Below, piece by piece: positions 26,921 through 41,428 of a stretch of DNA of 64,000 bases. The stretch lies in contig OZ024746.1 in assembly GCA_964016885.1 (NCBI GenBank), positions 81,592,001 to 81,656,000 of the forward strand, in the 5' to 3' direction. Under the pieces are notes generated by a model. The model was not told the DNA's origin. It saw only the letters and a list, made by a program, of their open reading frames with translations, and did no database searches. A program made the translations under genes and the position numbers. Position 1 is the stretch's first letter. The number at the start of each line of letters is the position of its first letter. Origin of the DNA: Eledone cirrhosa. Lineage: Eukaryota.

Positions 26921-28499
26921 AATGGTGATTAGGTGTTTTAAATGCCAAAATTCACCCAGGTAGTCGTAGCTCATTTACAGGAGTTTATATCCTCAATTAA
27001 CCTACTTAATATTTATTATCTGTATATCGTGGATATTGGAACTGTGGATTGCTTTTAAATCAAATTGAAAGTATTTAACCGCAAATCTGCTCACTGACAG
27101 ATATTGCCAAATGAGAGATGAGCCATCAAGAGTGCTTCTACTTGGTCCCTCTACCCACTAGAAAAAGCAGCCAAATCTCCCTCAAACCATACCCTAACAT
27201 CTTAAATTAAGGGGCAGAATTCCCTTCTACCTCAATCTGACGCCTTAGAAAAAGAATATGCTGAACAATGTTGACATATCTATACAAAACGATGAGATGC
27301 TTGTGGCTGGAACAATATAGGTCTGCTCGATCAGGGTTGCTAGAAATAGCAACCAAATCACTTTCAAATAAGTTCGTACCGTTTTAAACATTGAATAACA
27401 CATTAGATAATTTAGTAATAGATAACCTTAAAAAGACAGGAGCTGGTCATGAATGGAATATCTTTGATCATAAATTTTGCTCAATTGATGTTGATTTAGA
27501 TCTATATAACAAGTCTCATTTCTCTCTATACATATTCTTTGCGATATTCTCAAAAGTTTTCAATACACCCACATCTCGAAGGCTTCTAATCTATTTGATA
27601 ATAATTATGTTCATGTCAATGTTTCGGATAACATTTTAGAGTGAACTATACCTAACTCGAATTATCTGTTTCTGGTTTTGATAAAGAAAAAATAGCTATC
27701 GATGATAATGTTTGAAATTTTTCAAATGACTTCCTAGCTATTTCATTCTTTCTTTTGATTTTTGTTTTACATTTCTCATTTTCTAATTGCATTTGTCCTA
27801 GGTGTTTGTTGAATTGGCTTACCTCAATTTTTATATTTATTCTGGGTGACTTTTTTGTTGTTGATTACCATTGATTTTGTTTTCTATATCATTTGTTGTA
27901 GTTACAAGTTTTCTGGACGTCATCTCAGTTGAAAGTTAAGGCAGTATCGGCATGGATTTTGATGTTCATTCCTCCTTTTGACATTTGTCGTGTGTTTTCT
28001 ACTCAGAAGACCTTCCCTGTGCAAACGTTGAATAGGCTAGTGGGTTGTACACAGCCCTTTTGACTTATTTTCTTAATTTTAGATTCGGAGATTTTTCACT
28101 ATTCCTTTCTTACCACAGTACATTTTAGTTGTTATTTGGAGATCCACTTACAGCTAATATCTAAATACTCTCCCAGTTATGGTATTATACTTTCTGTTTT
28201 TATCTCACAGTCAACATCTAAACTTTTCTATTCTCTTATATCCTATGAGTGCAGGTATTGCTTTGAGCTGATGAAATACGCTTAAGATTTCCAGGTTGTT
28301 CTCGCAGCACATAGCCCTTGGACTAAGTGTCGTCTGTCATAGCCTCAGATCAACCGATGCGCTGTGAGTTTAAAATGGTTGACGGAAAAATTGTAGAAGC
28401 CCGTCAAGTGACCGTTTCTGCTCTTTTGTGGTTGACTTAATCTGTCGGTAGATTTAGCACGTCCACGTAACTCATTGGCGTCTTTAGAATAGTCCTTTC

Positions 28500-28930
28500 T
28501 ATCTGACCTCCATTCTAAGGATAACTTTCTCCTTACTTTTCGCTAGCCTTGATGAGTGCAGCTACGTCTAAGAGTTCTCATGGTTCACTTACCAATGACG
28601 GTTCGTTCGGACAGCCTCTTCTTTACGATTGCTTTCAAAGAAGTCGAGTCCACTGTGATATTTTCTCATTCAAAGCGGACGATCAGATACATCAGCCTTC
28701 CACGAAGATATTCAACACAAGAGGAAGAATCATCATCTATATTTCTTTTGAGCTTCAATATGCAACATTGGAAGATAGAATAATTTTTCGTGTTGCTGTA
28801 AATGTAACCCTGAACTCTCAGCAATGTCACATCTGCTCAATTTATCACAGCTGTCTGATTCTTCTAGAAACATATGATTTTGTTCAGTACCACCTATCCA
28901 TTCAAGAGAACGCTAAGGAGAACGTGGTAT
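28500..28930 (-). mobile_element. Degraded RTE-like LINE 3' remnant
   Basis: Weak resemblance to the RTE ORF2 C-terminal region, with many stops. Confidence 0.35.
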
Positions 28931-29492
28931 AAAATTATCTGATATATTACTATTAATAGAACAGCAAATGATAATTATTTTTTTATGTACGATTCACGAT
29001 GCAGCTCTTGCAAATTTGCTGCTTAACCGGATGTTGGATGACGTAACATGGGTAGAGCTTTGGGATAAACATCTACTACATTCACTAAGGTAAAATAAAT
29101 ACTTGTGGTATGTGATTTACAGGTAAGAACATTTAAGGATTGAACAAGTTCGTAAACATTACGGATGCAACTATATTTGATAGTTCCTTTAGAATAAAAC
29201 TGTCGTATTTTCCTCAGTCGTTTGTTAACTAAAGTACTCAGACACATATACACATATGTATATATACATATATATATGTGGGTGTATATATGGTAAAATG
29301 CCAACAGAGCGCCTTCATCATGTGGACTAAAACATAGGATCGCTGGAATCCGATGATACTGTGAGTTAGCCAAAATGGAAAGGGTCCACCGTTGGCTTTT
29401 TACACGCATTTCTACATCCAGTTTCCACCTTAACATGTACTAAGTTCTACCCTGATCAGTAGTTTTCCTGGTCCCTGAACCATGAACGCATC

Positions 29493-29526
<34 letters not shown>

Positions 29527-29820
29527 GTGTATGTATGTATATATGTATGTATGTATATTCAAGTACATGAAAATCTGAAAATGTGAGTCACAAACGCGGG
29601 AAATAACTGTAACAACAGTTGATCACAATAGATAATAGTTGAGACAAGTAGGCTTATGCATATATATGTATATATTAGTGATACGAGCGTTGGAAAACAT
29701 CGGTGGCTTGGAGAGGGGAGACTGTTATATATAGGCGACTGCTGGTCTTTGACAAACAACCTTGCTCAGAGAGGAACTTTCTAGGTTCGAATCCCATTGT
29801 CATTCGTGACTGAAGGGGGG

Positions 29821-30115
29821 TCTTCTTCTTCTTCTTCTTCTTCTTCTTCTTCTTCTTCGCCCACATATTCCTGAGAGGGTCGTGAGGGCAGAGTTCTAAA
29901 AGATCCTTCCTGTCTTCCTGTGGATCCTGTCAGTCAGTAGCAATCATTTCCAATTGATCCGGCTGGATCCCCAAGCGAGACCAGCCAGGCTCGTGGATGT
30001 TATCCAACCATCTTGTTCGGGGTCTACTCCTGGGTCACCCACCTGAGACACTCTAACCACATACCCATAGCATCGGAGCTGTGATCTTTCAATTCGGAGA
30101 AGTAGCGGCTCTATA
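29821..30115 (-). mobile_element. RTE (Rex3/Expander-like) LINE 3' end with (GAA)n tail
   Basis: Minus translation PRSRPRTRWLDNIHEPGWSRLGIQPDQLEMIATD, followed by (GAA)n. Confidence 0.75.
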
Positions 30116-30368
30116 TAAACAGATTAAATGTGTATATTCATCAACATACAATACGTTTTCATATGATAAACATACATCTAAATGGCGTTGGTTCATGAGA
30201 TTATTAGAGCTGTAAAAATGTCACCTCTATCTTAGCAACCAGGATAAGAGTGGTGGATGCATTTCATTGTCTTTACAGATCCTCAGTGTAATCTCACTTA
30301 CATCTGGCATTCTAGTCGACCTTCTAACACTCAGCTAATTTATATATGTGTGTGTGAGTGTGTGTGTG

Positions 30369-30573
30369 TAAAAGGTAAACAGAAATAACAACACAATCGG
30401 TACAGTATATGGAATGAATGTATTAGGTTAACGTTTGAAATAACAGGAAGAGGGTCTTAACGTTTCGGACGCTAGTCCTTCATCAGAAGAAAGAATGAGA
30501 AATAAGATAGATTGAGGGGATGGGCGGGCTGGAATTGGAAAAATTGTCTTTAGATAAAAATAACAGGTCCATT

Positions 30574-30576
<3 letters not shown>
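30369..30576 (-). mobile_element. Family B HHR-bearing PLE tail inserted in (GT)n
   Basis: Homologous to 18790-18950 (reverse) and 54957-55148. GT repeats on both sides. Confidence 0.7.
30455..30490 (-). ncRNA. Minimal hammerhead ribozyme, family B
   Basis: Minus strand: tctt-CTGATGA-a-GGAC-tagc-GTCC-GAAA-cg-TT-aaga. Helix III is the palindrome AACGTT. Confidence 0.8.
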
Positions 30577-30634
<58 letters not shown>

Positions 30635-31832
30635 AATATTATTATTTTTTTTATTCCTGTACTTATTTCAGTCGTAAATCTGTGGTATGCTGGGGCATAG
30701 TCTTTCACGGATTTAGTCTATCGTGTCCAGGTCCTTATATATATTTGTATACATAAGTATATGTGAGGTTTGTATGTTCATGCTTTCTTCGAGATCAATA
30801 CATCGGTGAACCCCGAGTTCTTTTCCGATCCGTTTACTGTTGCGGTTGACTTCTTTAGCCCAGCCTTCGCCTCTACACAGAGACACACAGACATTATGGG
30901 TTTATGTTCGGAGTTGGCCTTCTCCTGGTCAAGCTACCTTTTAAGGGGTTGCCGAGGAGAGATCATCCACCCAGTTATATTGCACGGGGACGTAGTGGCG
31001 GGTGTGCTATTAGACCACTGGCAGTGGAGCATCCTTTACACTCTGTTACAGCATGTATCTCGATGTATTGGAATAACGTTTCTTTAAATCGTTTTACCCT
31101 AATTTCCTTATCCACGGTAATTGAACTTACTGAATTCTTCTATAAATTCTGCTACAGACTAATTGTTGTCGATAACCATTATAATCAGAATCCGGAATTT
31201 ATTCTTCTCAGTGTTATATTATCTTTTCCTCAAAAGAAAATGAAACAAGCCAATGATACTTCATTGTTATAGTGACGTCAGCACTGGTTCAAAACAACAA
31301 GATGTCTCTTTCATTAGTTACATATATCAGGTTAGATCTTATCAATCATTTAGTTTACTTTCTCACATGTTTTCCCAAAAGGTTATACCCAATGCTGTTA
31401 ACATATTTGATTCTCTGTTATTTTCGTTCCTTCTTTTTATTTACCTTCAATCAAGCGATCTTTGAAGTTGAATTTCTGCCACCAACGAATTGGTGTTTTC
31501 AGTATGTGTAATATGGGAATAGTCATTTAATACCATTGGGTGTGTTGAAAGTGTGTATACATACAGGCACTGCAATAATATAGGTACAGATAGTGAGGAT
31601 ATATATATATATATATTCTAAGTAGTTAAAGTATAGGTGTACTGGTTGGCATATGCGTGTGTTTTTCTTATATGTACATACATATTACTGAGTACGTAGT
31701 AAATGTACCGAGCGGCACATATATACATATATTTGGAAAAAATAAGTGCATAAATGATGCGTGATGGCTGGAAAATATGTATCGACGAGAATGCACGTGT
31801 CTGTCTGTGTGTGTATATGTATATATATATAT

Positions 31833-32100
31833 GTGAATGTATGTATAGTATATTTGCCAATATACCGTATGTTTAATTAAAAACATTTAGAAGACCATAC
31901 ATACTCTATCAGTTTTAAAGTAGTGACTATGTTACTTCTTTTCGGCGAAAGAGGGGCGAGAAGCTGGTTGGCGTTCATCAGAGCCACGCACTCCCCCTGC
32001 TTCCGCCGAAACTTATAGAAGCTGGATTCTTATAGAATTCCAGTAATAATCAGGAGCTGATTATACAGAGCGATTGCGGTCTAGCAAAAATTAGGAATTA
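31833..32100 (-). mobile_element. Family C element copy (HHR internally deleted)
   Basis: Tail homologous to 49450-49560. Hairpin tttcggcg...cgccgaaa. Minus strand reads ggct-CTGATGA-acgccaac-cagct. Confidence 0.6.
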
Positions 32101-32158
32101 GGATTGGTGCTCTGAAATAGCGATGTATACATGAATGTATGTAATGTAAGTATATATA

Positions 32159-32193
<35 letters not shown>

Positions 32194-32258
32194 ATATGTA
32201 TGTATATAAAATAATTCTCTGGACATGTTTTACTCTTTAGTATATATATATATTTATG

Positions 32259-32290
<32 letters not shown>

Positions 32291-32301
32291 TACATATGCA
32301 A

Positions 32302-32347
<46 letters not shown>

Positions 32348-32484
32348 ATATATATATACATATATGTATATTATATATATATACATATATATACATATAT
32401 TCATATATATATATATATACATATTTTATATATATATTTATATATATACATATATTCATATATATATATTTATATATATACATA

Positions 32485-32623
<139 letters not shown>

Positions 32624-32676
32624 TATATTCATATATACATATATTTACATATATATATATACATATATATACTTAC

Positions 32677-32755
<79 letters not shown>

Positions 32756-32801
32756 TTTATATATACATATATTTATATATATATATATACATATATATAC
32801 T

Positions 32802-32858
<57 letters not shown>

Positions 32859-32912
32859 TTACATATATATATATATACATATATATACATACTTTATATT
32901 TATACTTATATA

Positions 32913-33215
32913 TCTATATTACTAAAACAGAGAATGTCTGTTTGTCTGTCTGTACAATCACTAAATCACTAAAACTCGAGAACCTCCCAACCGATTGTTT
33001 TCAAACTTTACACATGTAATACTTATGGGCCTATTGAATGTTCTGAGCAAAATTTCAAATGTTCAATGCCCCAGGGACCGCATTAGGCCATTTACGATCT
33101 CTTTCTCTCTCTCTTAGTCTTTCTCTTTTTAGATAGATACATAGATATTACGTTGCGTCCTTATAATTTCTATCTGTATGCCTGGTGTCTGCATTACGTC
33201 ATTAACACGCGGTGT
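32913..33215 (+). mobile_element. Helitron-like element 5' part (same family as 10958)
   Basis: tctatattactaaaacagagaatgtctg...ctaaaactcgagaacc is colinear with 10958-11250. No 3' CTAG end seen. Confidence 0.7.
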
Positions 33216-33241
33216 GTGTGTGTATGTGTGTATGTGTGTGG

Positions 33242-33389
<148 letters not shown>

Positions 33390-33529
33390 TGTAGTGTATA
33401 TATATATATATATAGTGTGTAACGTTTTTCGAAATATTTACTTCTGCGTTCACAGATTTATTATTTTAGTTTCAGAAGATCCCGTTAAGGGTGAAAGCAG
33501 CGATTCTTTGCATAAACTTTAATCTGTTA

Positions 33530-33600
<71 letters not shown>

Positions 33601-33650
33601 TAATAAAATAATGAATAAACAAAGAACCAGTTCCTTATATTAAAAAACTT

Positions 33651-33790
33651 CATCATTTTACGATCGTTTCTAGGATATATATGTGTTAGAGTTGGTATGC
33701 ATATTCTATAGATCTATGTACAATATTTATACAAACTATCAGAGGGAATATACATACCTACACATATATATGCTGTCTTCAGAAATAATG
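33651..33790 (-). ncRNA. Type I hammerhead with ~105-nt extended stem II
   Basis: Minus strand: cattattt-CTGAAGA-[cagcATATATATGTGT.AG.GTATGTATATTC...GAATATGCATAC..CT..ACACATATATATccta]-GAAA-cgatcg-TA-aaatgatg. Stem I is 8 bp and helix III is the palindrome ACGATCGT. Confidence 0.7.
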
Positions 33791-34430
33791 ATATTTGTTT
33801 ATTGAAAAAAACAAAGATTCAATACAATAGGTCTGTTTGGGAACAGGTTTTGAATTGACCAGTAGAGAGATAGTGAGGGTCAGGATAGTAATATAGTAGT
33901 AGAAGAACCTTAAATTATGGGTAGAGGAAGGTAGATTTCAGTTTTGGATGGAAAAGAATATTATGAATGAAGGATTATTTTAGGGAAGAAATAGGTCTTA
34001 TGCTGACCTCAGAAATAATTTTATTTTTTCATTGAATAAAACCAACAAAGATCTAATATATTCTGTCTGTTTGGTAAGAGGTTTAGAATTAACCAATAGA
34101 AAGTTAATAATTGGCCAAATAGTAAAATAGTAGTAATTGATGCTTATTTTAGGGGTGAAAATAGGTCAGGTGGTCAGTAAAAGGTATACAAGCAGTTGCT
34201 GTTATAAAATAGTAATGCCAATAGAAATATCTAAGGTGACTAAAGTTTTAAGATAAGAATGTTAGTAAAAAAAAATATACATCTATGAAAAGAATATAAA
34301 TTAATTTAATTGAAGGGTATATTTATATTGATAAAATTATACTAATACATATAGATATACATATATAAATAAGAGTTAGATGCAGTTGAAAAATGCTGTT
34401 AAAGATGAGGGGAAATTAAAAGAATATAAA

Positions 34431-34468
<38 letters not shown>

Positions 34469-34506
34469 TTATACATATATATATATATATACATATATAT
34501 ACACAT

Positions 34507-34562
<56 letters not shown>

Positions 34563-34624
34563 TTATATATATATATACATATATATACATACACACACAC
34601 ACACATACACACATATATATATAT

Positions 34625-34747
<123 letters not shown>

Positions 34748-35164
34748 GATATATACATGCCCATATACATACATACACATACATATACACACACATATAT
34801 ATATATACATATAATTATTGGGGGGGGGGATTAAATTTATTAGTGAGAAATAGTAAATATATATAGTTTTCAAGGAACATAGAGTCATAACCTGAAGTTT
34901 AAGCATTATATATGTTTACTTAATGGTATCAGTTTTAGGAAATGATATTTGTAAGAAGGAAAGCAAAATTATGTAGTTCATTAGTAGTAGAATATTAATT
35001 ATAGGTTAACTAAATTAAAAATAGTTTATATATTAATTTCTAAAGTGTATATTAATTAGGTTTATAATTTTTAAAGCAGAATTATGTAGTTCATCAATAG
35101 TAGAATATTAATTATAGGTTAACTAAATTAAAAATAATTTATAAATTAATTTCTAAAGTGTCTA

Positions 35165-35656
35165 TTAATTAGGTTTATAATATTTAAAGGTTTTTCTCAG
35201 TTTATGATTACACGATATAATTAATTCCTGTCGCTTATTTAAGAGGATATCCTTAGATTTCATTATTTCAAAAAGTTCTTGGGAACATAATCTACATTCA
35301 TTTCTACTATTTTGATAAGGGGTGGCCCTTTTGAGCACACTCCAGGTCAGGTCATATTCTATATTCCTCTTTCTATAACTATTTATTATTTCAGCTAGAG
35401 ATGTTGTATTAGCTAGTGCGGCATTTTTAAAACTATGTTTGTGGGTATTAAATCTTACCTTAAATTTGTTAGAGGTAGCTCCTATATATGAATAAATTGA
35501 GTCCTTAGTGTTAACTTTACATTTATATACTATGTTATTAACAAGGCAATTTCCTTTTAATGGACAGTTTGCCTTGTTTCTACAGTTACAACTTTTCGTG
35601 AATCCTGTATCTGAGGAGATATTATGGTTAGCTTGATGTACTGGTGGTATACTCAT
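35165..35656 (-). pseudogene. Penelope-type GIY-YIG endonuclease domain (different subfamily from 1114)
   Basis: CNCRNKANCPLKGNCLVNNIVYKC...YIGATSNKFKVRFNTHKHSF...CRLCSQE...LLNKRQELIISCNH. The RT portion is absent. Confidence 0.9.
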
Positions 35657-35745
35657 GGTTTTTTTTTACATTTATATGCATTATAGGCACTTATATTTTG
35701 TTTTATGTTTTTGGTTGTTGAATAGGAGAATTTAACCGTTGATCT

Positions 35746-35800
<55 letters not shown>

Positions 35801-35802
<2 letters not shown>

Positions 35803-35975
35803 CGTTTCTGAATTTGTTTAGCAAGATTCTTTATCTGAAAACGTGTGTTGAAAGCGATATTGTTATGCTTTGGGAGGGTCATGTTGCCAATAAGAAACAA
35901 ACGCACCAGTTGCTTTCACTTCAATTTATTATAAATAAAATTCATAAATTTAGGAATTTATAAACCAACCGGAAG
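35801..35975 (-). mobile_element. Terminal tail of the 726-1590 PLE family
   Basis: ttcgtttctgaatttgtttagcaagattc...tgggagggtcatgttgccaataag. Further tail copies at ~573-598, 48769-48800, 49953-50063 and 59768-59818. Confidence 0.75.
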
Positions 35976-36042
35976 TTTCGTTTACATATAAAAAATATTT
36001 GTGTATCGACCTGTTGCGCGCGGTTATATATATATATTTGTA

Positions 36043-36129
<87 letters not shown>

Positions 36130-36199
36130 AAACTAACTTACCTTTTTTTTAAAGTTTATAATATTTATGATGACAGAACATAATTAGACATAATAGAAA

Positions 36200-37185
36200 A
36201 TTTAGATTGAGAAGAAAGAGGGAATATTGTCCTGGTTGAAACATGTCTTGTCACGTCTTTAGTAACCGGCTTCATTTATGGAAAAAACTTAAATATTGGT
36301 TAAAGTAACCATACAGTTACAGCAAATGATTTGGTGACTGTTGAGCAGGCAAAAGAAAAGTCTTGAACTCTGTCTAATAAACAGCTTCCTACCAACAAAG
36401 CTGCTCTTAAAGAAGTGAATATGATTACTGCATGATTTTATTGCTATCAATATCTACTGTATTGTTAGATTATAAGAAGGCATTTGACTCCTCTCACTTA
36501 TGGATACTACATTCGCTAGGCTTTGCCAAAGTTCAAGCTGCTATAGACAATGCTAGCAAAAGACTGACTACAACGTAGTCCACGCAACTATTACTAAAAA
36601 CTAAAGCAACTACAATAGACACAACAAAATTAGGTTATCGAAAAGAATATTCCAACGTGACAACGTTTTCTGTAATGCCGTTCATACTGGCATTAAACAC
36701 CTTGTTCACCCCGATGAGAAAATGCCAAGGCTTCATGTTAGGATCTGTTAATGTCAACTGCACCTTTTATGTAGATGACCTTTAGTTGTATTCAGGTAAT
36801 ATTCACGACACTAAGAGATAGCTAGATAGTTACATGACTTTCACAGGACATAAACATGATGAGGATAGAGCATACCTTGCTGCTGGAAGTAAAGCTAGAG
36901 TGGCATAAGAATACTTCAATTAGTTGTCTGAATTTAATAAGACAATATCGCATAACGCTTTCGCAGTGCCAGTGCTGTCATTAATATTTGGTATACTAGA
37001 CAAGGAACTCTAAAGGGCGTCGCAGCATGGACATCTAGACATGGAAAATACTAACCAACCCTGATAGCTTTCAAATTCACTGACACTGATAAGATCTACG
37101 GTAAAACGGAGAGGAGACGGCGAAAGCATAAGCTCAGTCCAAAACGCATTTGAATGCTAATCGTATCCCTCAGACTACTGAACAG
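36200..37185 (+). pseudogene. Degraded R4/Dong-like (RLE-type) LINE reverse transcriptase
   Basis: Frameshifted motifs LLDYKKAFDS (~36462), IFQRD..PFILALN (~36650-36700), FYVDDL (~36765) and NKTISHNAFAVPVL...FGILD (~36940-37000). Confidence 0.75.
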
Positions 37186-37221
37186 TGAAGGGAGAGATGA
37201 GTACATTCAACAATGAAAATA

Positions 37222-37540
37222 ATTGTTTCTATTTTTGGCACAAGGCCAGCAATTATCTCAGTGTATTACTGGTACTTTATTTTATCGACCCCGTGAGGAT
37301 GAAAGGCAAAGTTAACCTCGGCGGAATGAAAATAATGGTTTCTAATTTAGGCACAAGGCAAGAAATTTTGGGGAAGGGCAAAGTCAATTTAAATCGACCC
37401 CAGTAGTTGACTGACATTTTAATTTGTAGACCCTAGATGGATGAAAGACAAAGTTGACCTCGGTGGGATATAAACTCAGAATTATAAAGAACTGATCATT
37501 TCTCCAAGGCACCTAACGTTTCTGCCAATCCACCACCTTC
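37222..37540 (-). mobile_element. Two adjacent SINE S1-like fragments
   Basis: Both contain ggcacaagg...cgaccc...ggatgaaag.caaagtt.acctcgg. Confidence 0.75.
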
Positions 37541-37866
37541 TAAAAATGAAAATAATAGCGTTTTGTTTGAAAGTTATCAGATATCGCGGACATTCATGAG
37601 CTACAAATGTCCGCGATATCTGGAACCTTCAAAATCTGTAAAACATTCTTACGATTCTAAGGATCAACGCGACAACAATTTCCTTTCTTTACAACCTTGC
37701 CACCGGGAAGGTAGCCAGTCAAAAATAAAATCAAAATTAAGAGAGAGAACATACATACTTACCTACCTCCCTATCTACCTACCTACCTACCTACCTACAT
37801 ACATACATACATACATACATACATACATACATACATACATACATACATACATACATACATACATAC

Positions 37867-38172
37867 ATGGTGGCTGCCAACTCGTTTTCGTGTACGGCCA
37901 CTACTTTATATCCATGTAGGAGAACCCCTACCGATGCGCTGAACGAGTGTGACTTTTTAGTCCAGCCAGCGACTTGAAAACTCTGGTACAAACACTACAC
38001 TTGTGACAATTATTGACACATAGTGCTGGGCCCATGGTACCATGTGACGACAAGTGCAGAGAGATCTCCAGATATAAAGCAATGCTTGTGCCGTGAAGCT
38101 TTTATAGTGAGCAAAGGCACTGCACAAAGCTAGTCCCACTCTCTTAACCAAGATGATATTTACCAAAAAGAA
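37867..38172. mobile_element. Family M repeat embedded in (TACA)n
   Basis: Starts atggtggctgccaactcgttttcg. Near-identical to 43861-44256, 56638-57195 and 57221-57388. Confidence 0.85.
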
Positions 38173-38206
38173 CATACATACATACATACATACATACATA
38201 CATACA

Positions 38207-38238
<32 letters not shown>

Positions 38239-38649
38239 CACAAACACATCCATACATAAAATAGATATGAAATCCCGCTCATCTAAAAGCTTCTTTACTA
38301 TCATTTTTTTTCCTTTCTTCTTTTTTTTTCATTCATATACTTACTTACGCTGAAAACACGTAGACATACACAAACATAAATTCAAACAGACACATTCACA
38401 CACGTACTCGCTCATACACACAGGAAGTCGTTGACAATTAGTTTGGCGCTCGTGAAATGTTCTTCTCACAACCAGGGTCAACAGGAGCGTGACCCCTGCG
38501 GATGCAGGTCAAGTTTGTAGGCTATTAGTGTCTCTAGAGTAAAGAACCGGCAAATCTGCTGTGTTCTACCAGCTAGTGGCTGCTGTGGTAGTGATAATAG
38601 TGATAGTGTTAGCGGTGGTAGCACTGGTGGAAAGGTGATACTAGTGATG

Positions 38650-38650
38650 A

Positions 38651-38681
<31 letters not shown>

Positions 38682-38853
38682 CGTAGTAGTCGTAGTAGTA
38701 GTAGTAGTAGTCCTAGTAGTCGTAGTCGTAGTAGTAGTCGTAGTAGTAGTAGTAGTAGTAGTCTTAGTAGTCGTAGTAGTAGTAGTAGTAGTAGTAGTAG
38801 TCGTAGTAGTAGTAGTAGTAGTAGTCGTGTTAGTAGTCGTAGTCGTAGTAGTA
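38650..38853. repeat. (GTA)n/(GTC) trinucleotide microsatellite
   Basis: Directly visible. Confidence 0.95.
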
Positions 38854-39001
38854 GGTGAAATGGCTCAAAGGTGTGGGTGTCGACCGCTGTCATGCTGGGC
38901 TTAATCTGACCCTTAAATCATTCTCATTGTCCCTATAAATGTCATCATCCCTATCATCGTAGCTGTCGTCGTCATCGTCTCCTTCTTCCTCCGCCTCCAA
39001 C

Positions 39002-39037
<36 letters not shown>

Positions 39038-39301
39038 ATATCATCATCATCATCATTACAGGTTATAATGTGTCAACATCCGTAATTCGGCTACCCACTT
39101 GCTAATTACCCTCCAAGGGTAGCGAATGCTCCGAATCACTGCAGCCACATTCGCATTACTAAAGCATTATACTATCATTAAAAACAAAATCTTATGATTG
39201 CTTCATGGCTCCAGCAGACAGAATGGTGAGGCGAATGCGTTGAAAGGGCCAGTCCAATTCACATGGATCATTCGAATAGCAATTTCCATCTCTATCTAGG
39301 T

Positions 39302-39541
39302 CAGTGGTTCCCAACCTTTTGTGCACCATGCCCCCACCTCAGCATCTTGGAAATTGTTATAGGTGGTGCCAGATGCACAAGAATATGTGTGGAGGAGATG
39401 GGACAGGAGTTTCCGACAGTAATAAGACTAAATTTGCTTTAGTGTAAAAGTAAATAAGGTAAAACCTGAAGTTTGTTCTCATTAACATCATTTTCAAATT
39501 GCCTCTCTGTGGGGCATGTGCCCCACGCTGGGAATCACTAG
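39302..39541. mobile_element. hAT (Charlie/Buster-like) MITE
   Basis: Termini cagtggttcccaac ... gctgggaatcacta in a CTAG-containing context. Confidence 0.55.
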
Positions 39542-40405
39542 ATTCTGGGTAGACTCCATCCATGTGGACAACAGAATTCTGTTTCAATTTATGTTTGTAA
39601 ACTTTCCATTTACTTCGCTAACATACATTGGAAACACTTTAGGCCACTACCTGATAGACATTTCCTTGTATCTATGTATTTATATATTTTGTTGTTTTGC
39701 CATAAGTCTGTCTGCTTCATAGATATTTGATTTAGGTTCTTCACAATTCTGAATGTCTATTCCATCGAGGTCGATATTTCTTCTCATCACCTGTGAACGA
39801 TAGATTAGACCATGTAAGAATTAGATTTCGCCATCCTTATTGTAGCAGTTCACTGACTGGGTAATATCGTCTCCTCCTTCCAAGGAAGTGATTCGGTTAA
39901 AGATGCAAAAAAATATTTGATATCTTTTTCATTTTCCAAGCAATTTAAAACTCCTTGTTTATAAAACCAAATGTAACTTAATGCAATTGATTCTATAACC
40001 GTATATTGTTATACTCCAATCTCCTTCTCTTGAAACTTTCAGTCCTATGAAAGCACTATCTGTGCCAAGCTTCACGTTTAAGTGGTATATGTTCTAAAGA
40101 TTGTCGGCCAAACTCCAACTGCCTCAAACCTTTCATGATTTGGTTTTTATAACATAGCTGTGGTAGTTCGACTCGCAGTAGCAGTGAAGTCATTTAGAGG
40201 CTGGCACCTCCAGGTGTAATTGTGGAATTCTAGTATCTTTCATACGAATGATGTGTCCCACACTGCACATTTATGCTCGTAGCAAGAATTTCTCAATGCC
40301 ATTTAGGTTACGATTTTCAATGATATCTCTATTTGGTGTTTTGTCGAGCCACGAAATGTTACATATTGAACCGATATATCTTGTGTGAAATATGTCTATA
40401 TAGAG

Positions 40406-40464
40406 CAGAGATTATCAAAGTGGGCATGAGGTGGGCGGTGGCTCAAAAAGTTTCAGAACCTCTG
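40406..40464. mobile_element. 59-bp hAT mini-element with perfect 8-bp TSD
   Basis: ATATAGAG-cagagattatcaaa...tttcagaacctctg-ATATAGAG. Ends match 58094-58424. Confidence 0.75.
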
Positions 40465-40880
40465 ATATAGAGGATATAACTCATGTATCGTGTCCACGAT
40501 TTACAGTCGATATCGCTTCTGCCTCTCTAATGAGAACATCACTAAGTTCCTTAAATTCTACTATTTTACCACTACTACTACTACTACTACACAGCTGCCA
40601 TGTTTGGCTTGCCTGTATGGCAGATGTGTACGGAGAGTTAACCTCCGTGGTTAATTATAAGTAATTTAGCCTGACCGCTATCACTACAGTCCGGACGGAG
40701 AAGAAAAAGTATAAAACAATAATTAGATAATGACGCGACGTCGTGAAGTAAACTCCATACATGAACTTTATAAGTCAGTCAGTTAATTTCTCTTCTCTTC
40801 TTCTCTCTTTCTCTCATACACACACATATGTGCACACGCAAACACATTCGTACACACACAAACATAAACACACACACATG

Positions 40881-40953
<73 letters not shown>

Positions 40954-41150
40954 GTAAGTGTGCTGACAAATTCTCGATTTAACCCACTTCTCAATTTCAT
41001 TTCCAGAACACCCCCCCCCCCCCCACTCACACACAAACACAAACTCATGTACATACATACACATTCACACACATACATATATATTATTTATATATATATA
41101 TATATATACATATAAATATATATTTATAAATACATGCAAATATATATATG

Positions 41151-41230
<80 letters not shown>

Positions 41231-41259
41231 AATATATATTTATAAATACATGCAAATAT

Positions 41260-41386
41260 ATGATGATTTCTAAAGAATGAAACAGTTCTAGTCCTGTAGA
41301 ATCTCATCTATATTAAAACTTTTACACTCTGCAATGTATTGAGTACCTTACTTACTGTGGTTACCTCCGATTCAACCCGGAATAAC

Positions 41387-41388
<2 letters not shown>
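41260..41388 (+). mobile_element. Family D HHR tail, truncated inside the HHR core
   Basis: (a)TGATGAtttctaaagaatGAAAcagttctagtcctgTAgaatc is near-identical to 53945-54072. (TA)-rich flanks. Confidence 0.7.

Positions 41389-41428
<40 letters not shown>

Noticed and set aside
39650-40350. Very old LINE RT remnant on the minus strand
   Set aside because: Only faint motif resemblance; I could not read an unambiguous RT motif.
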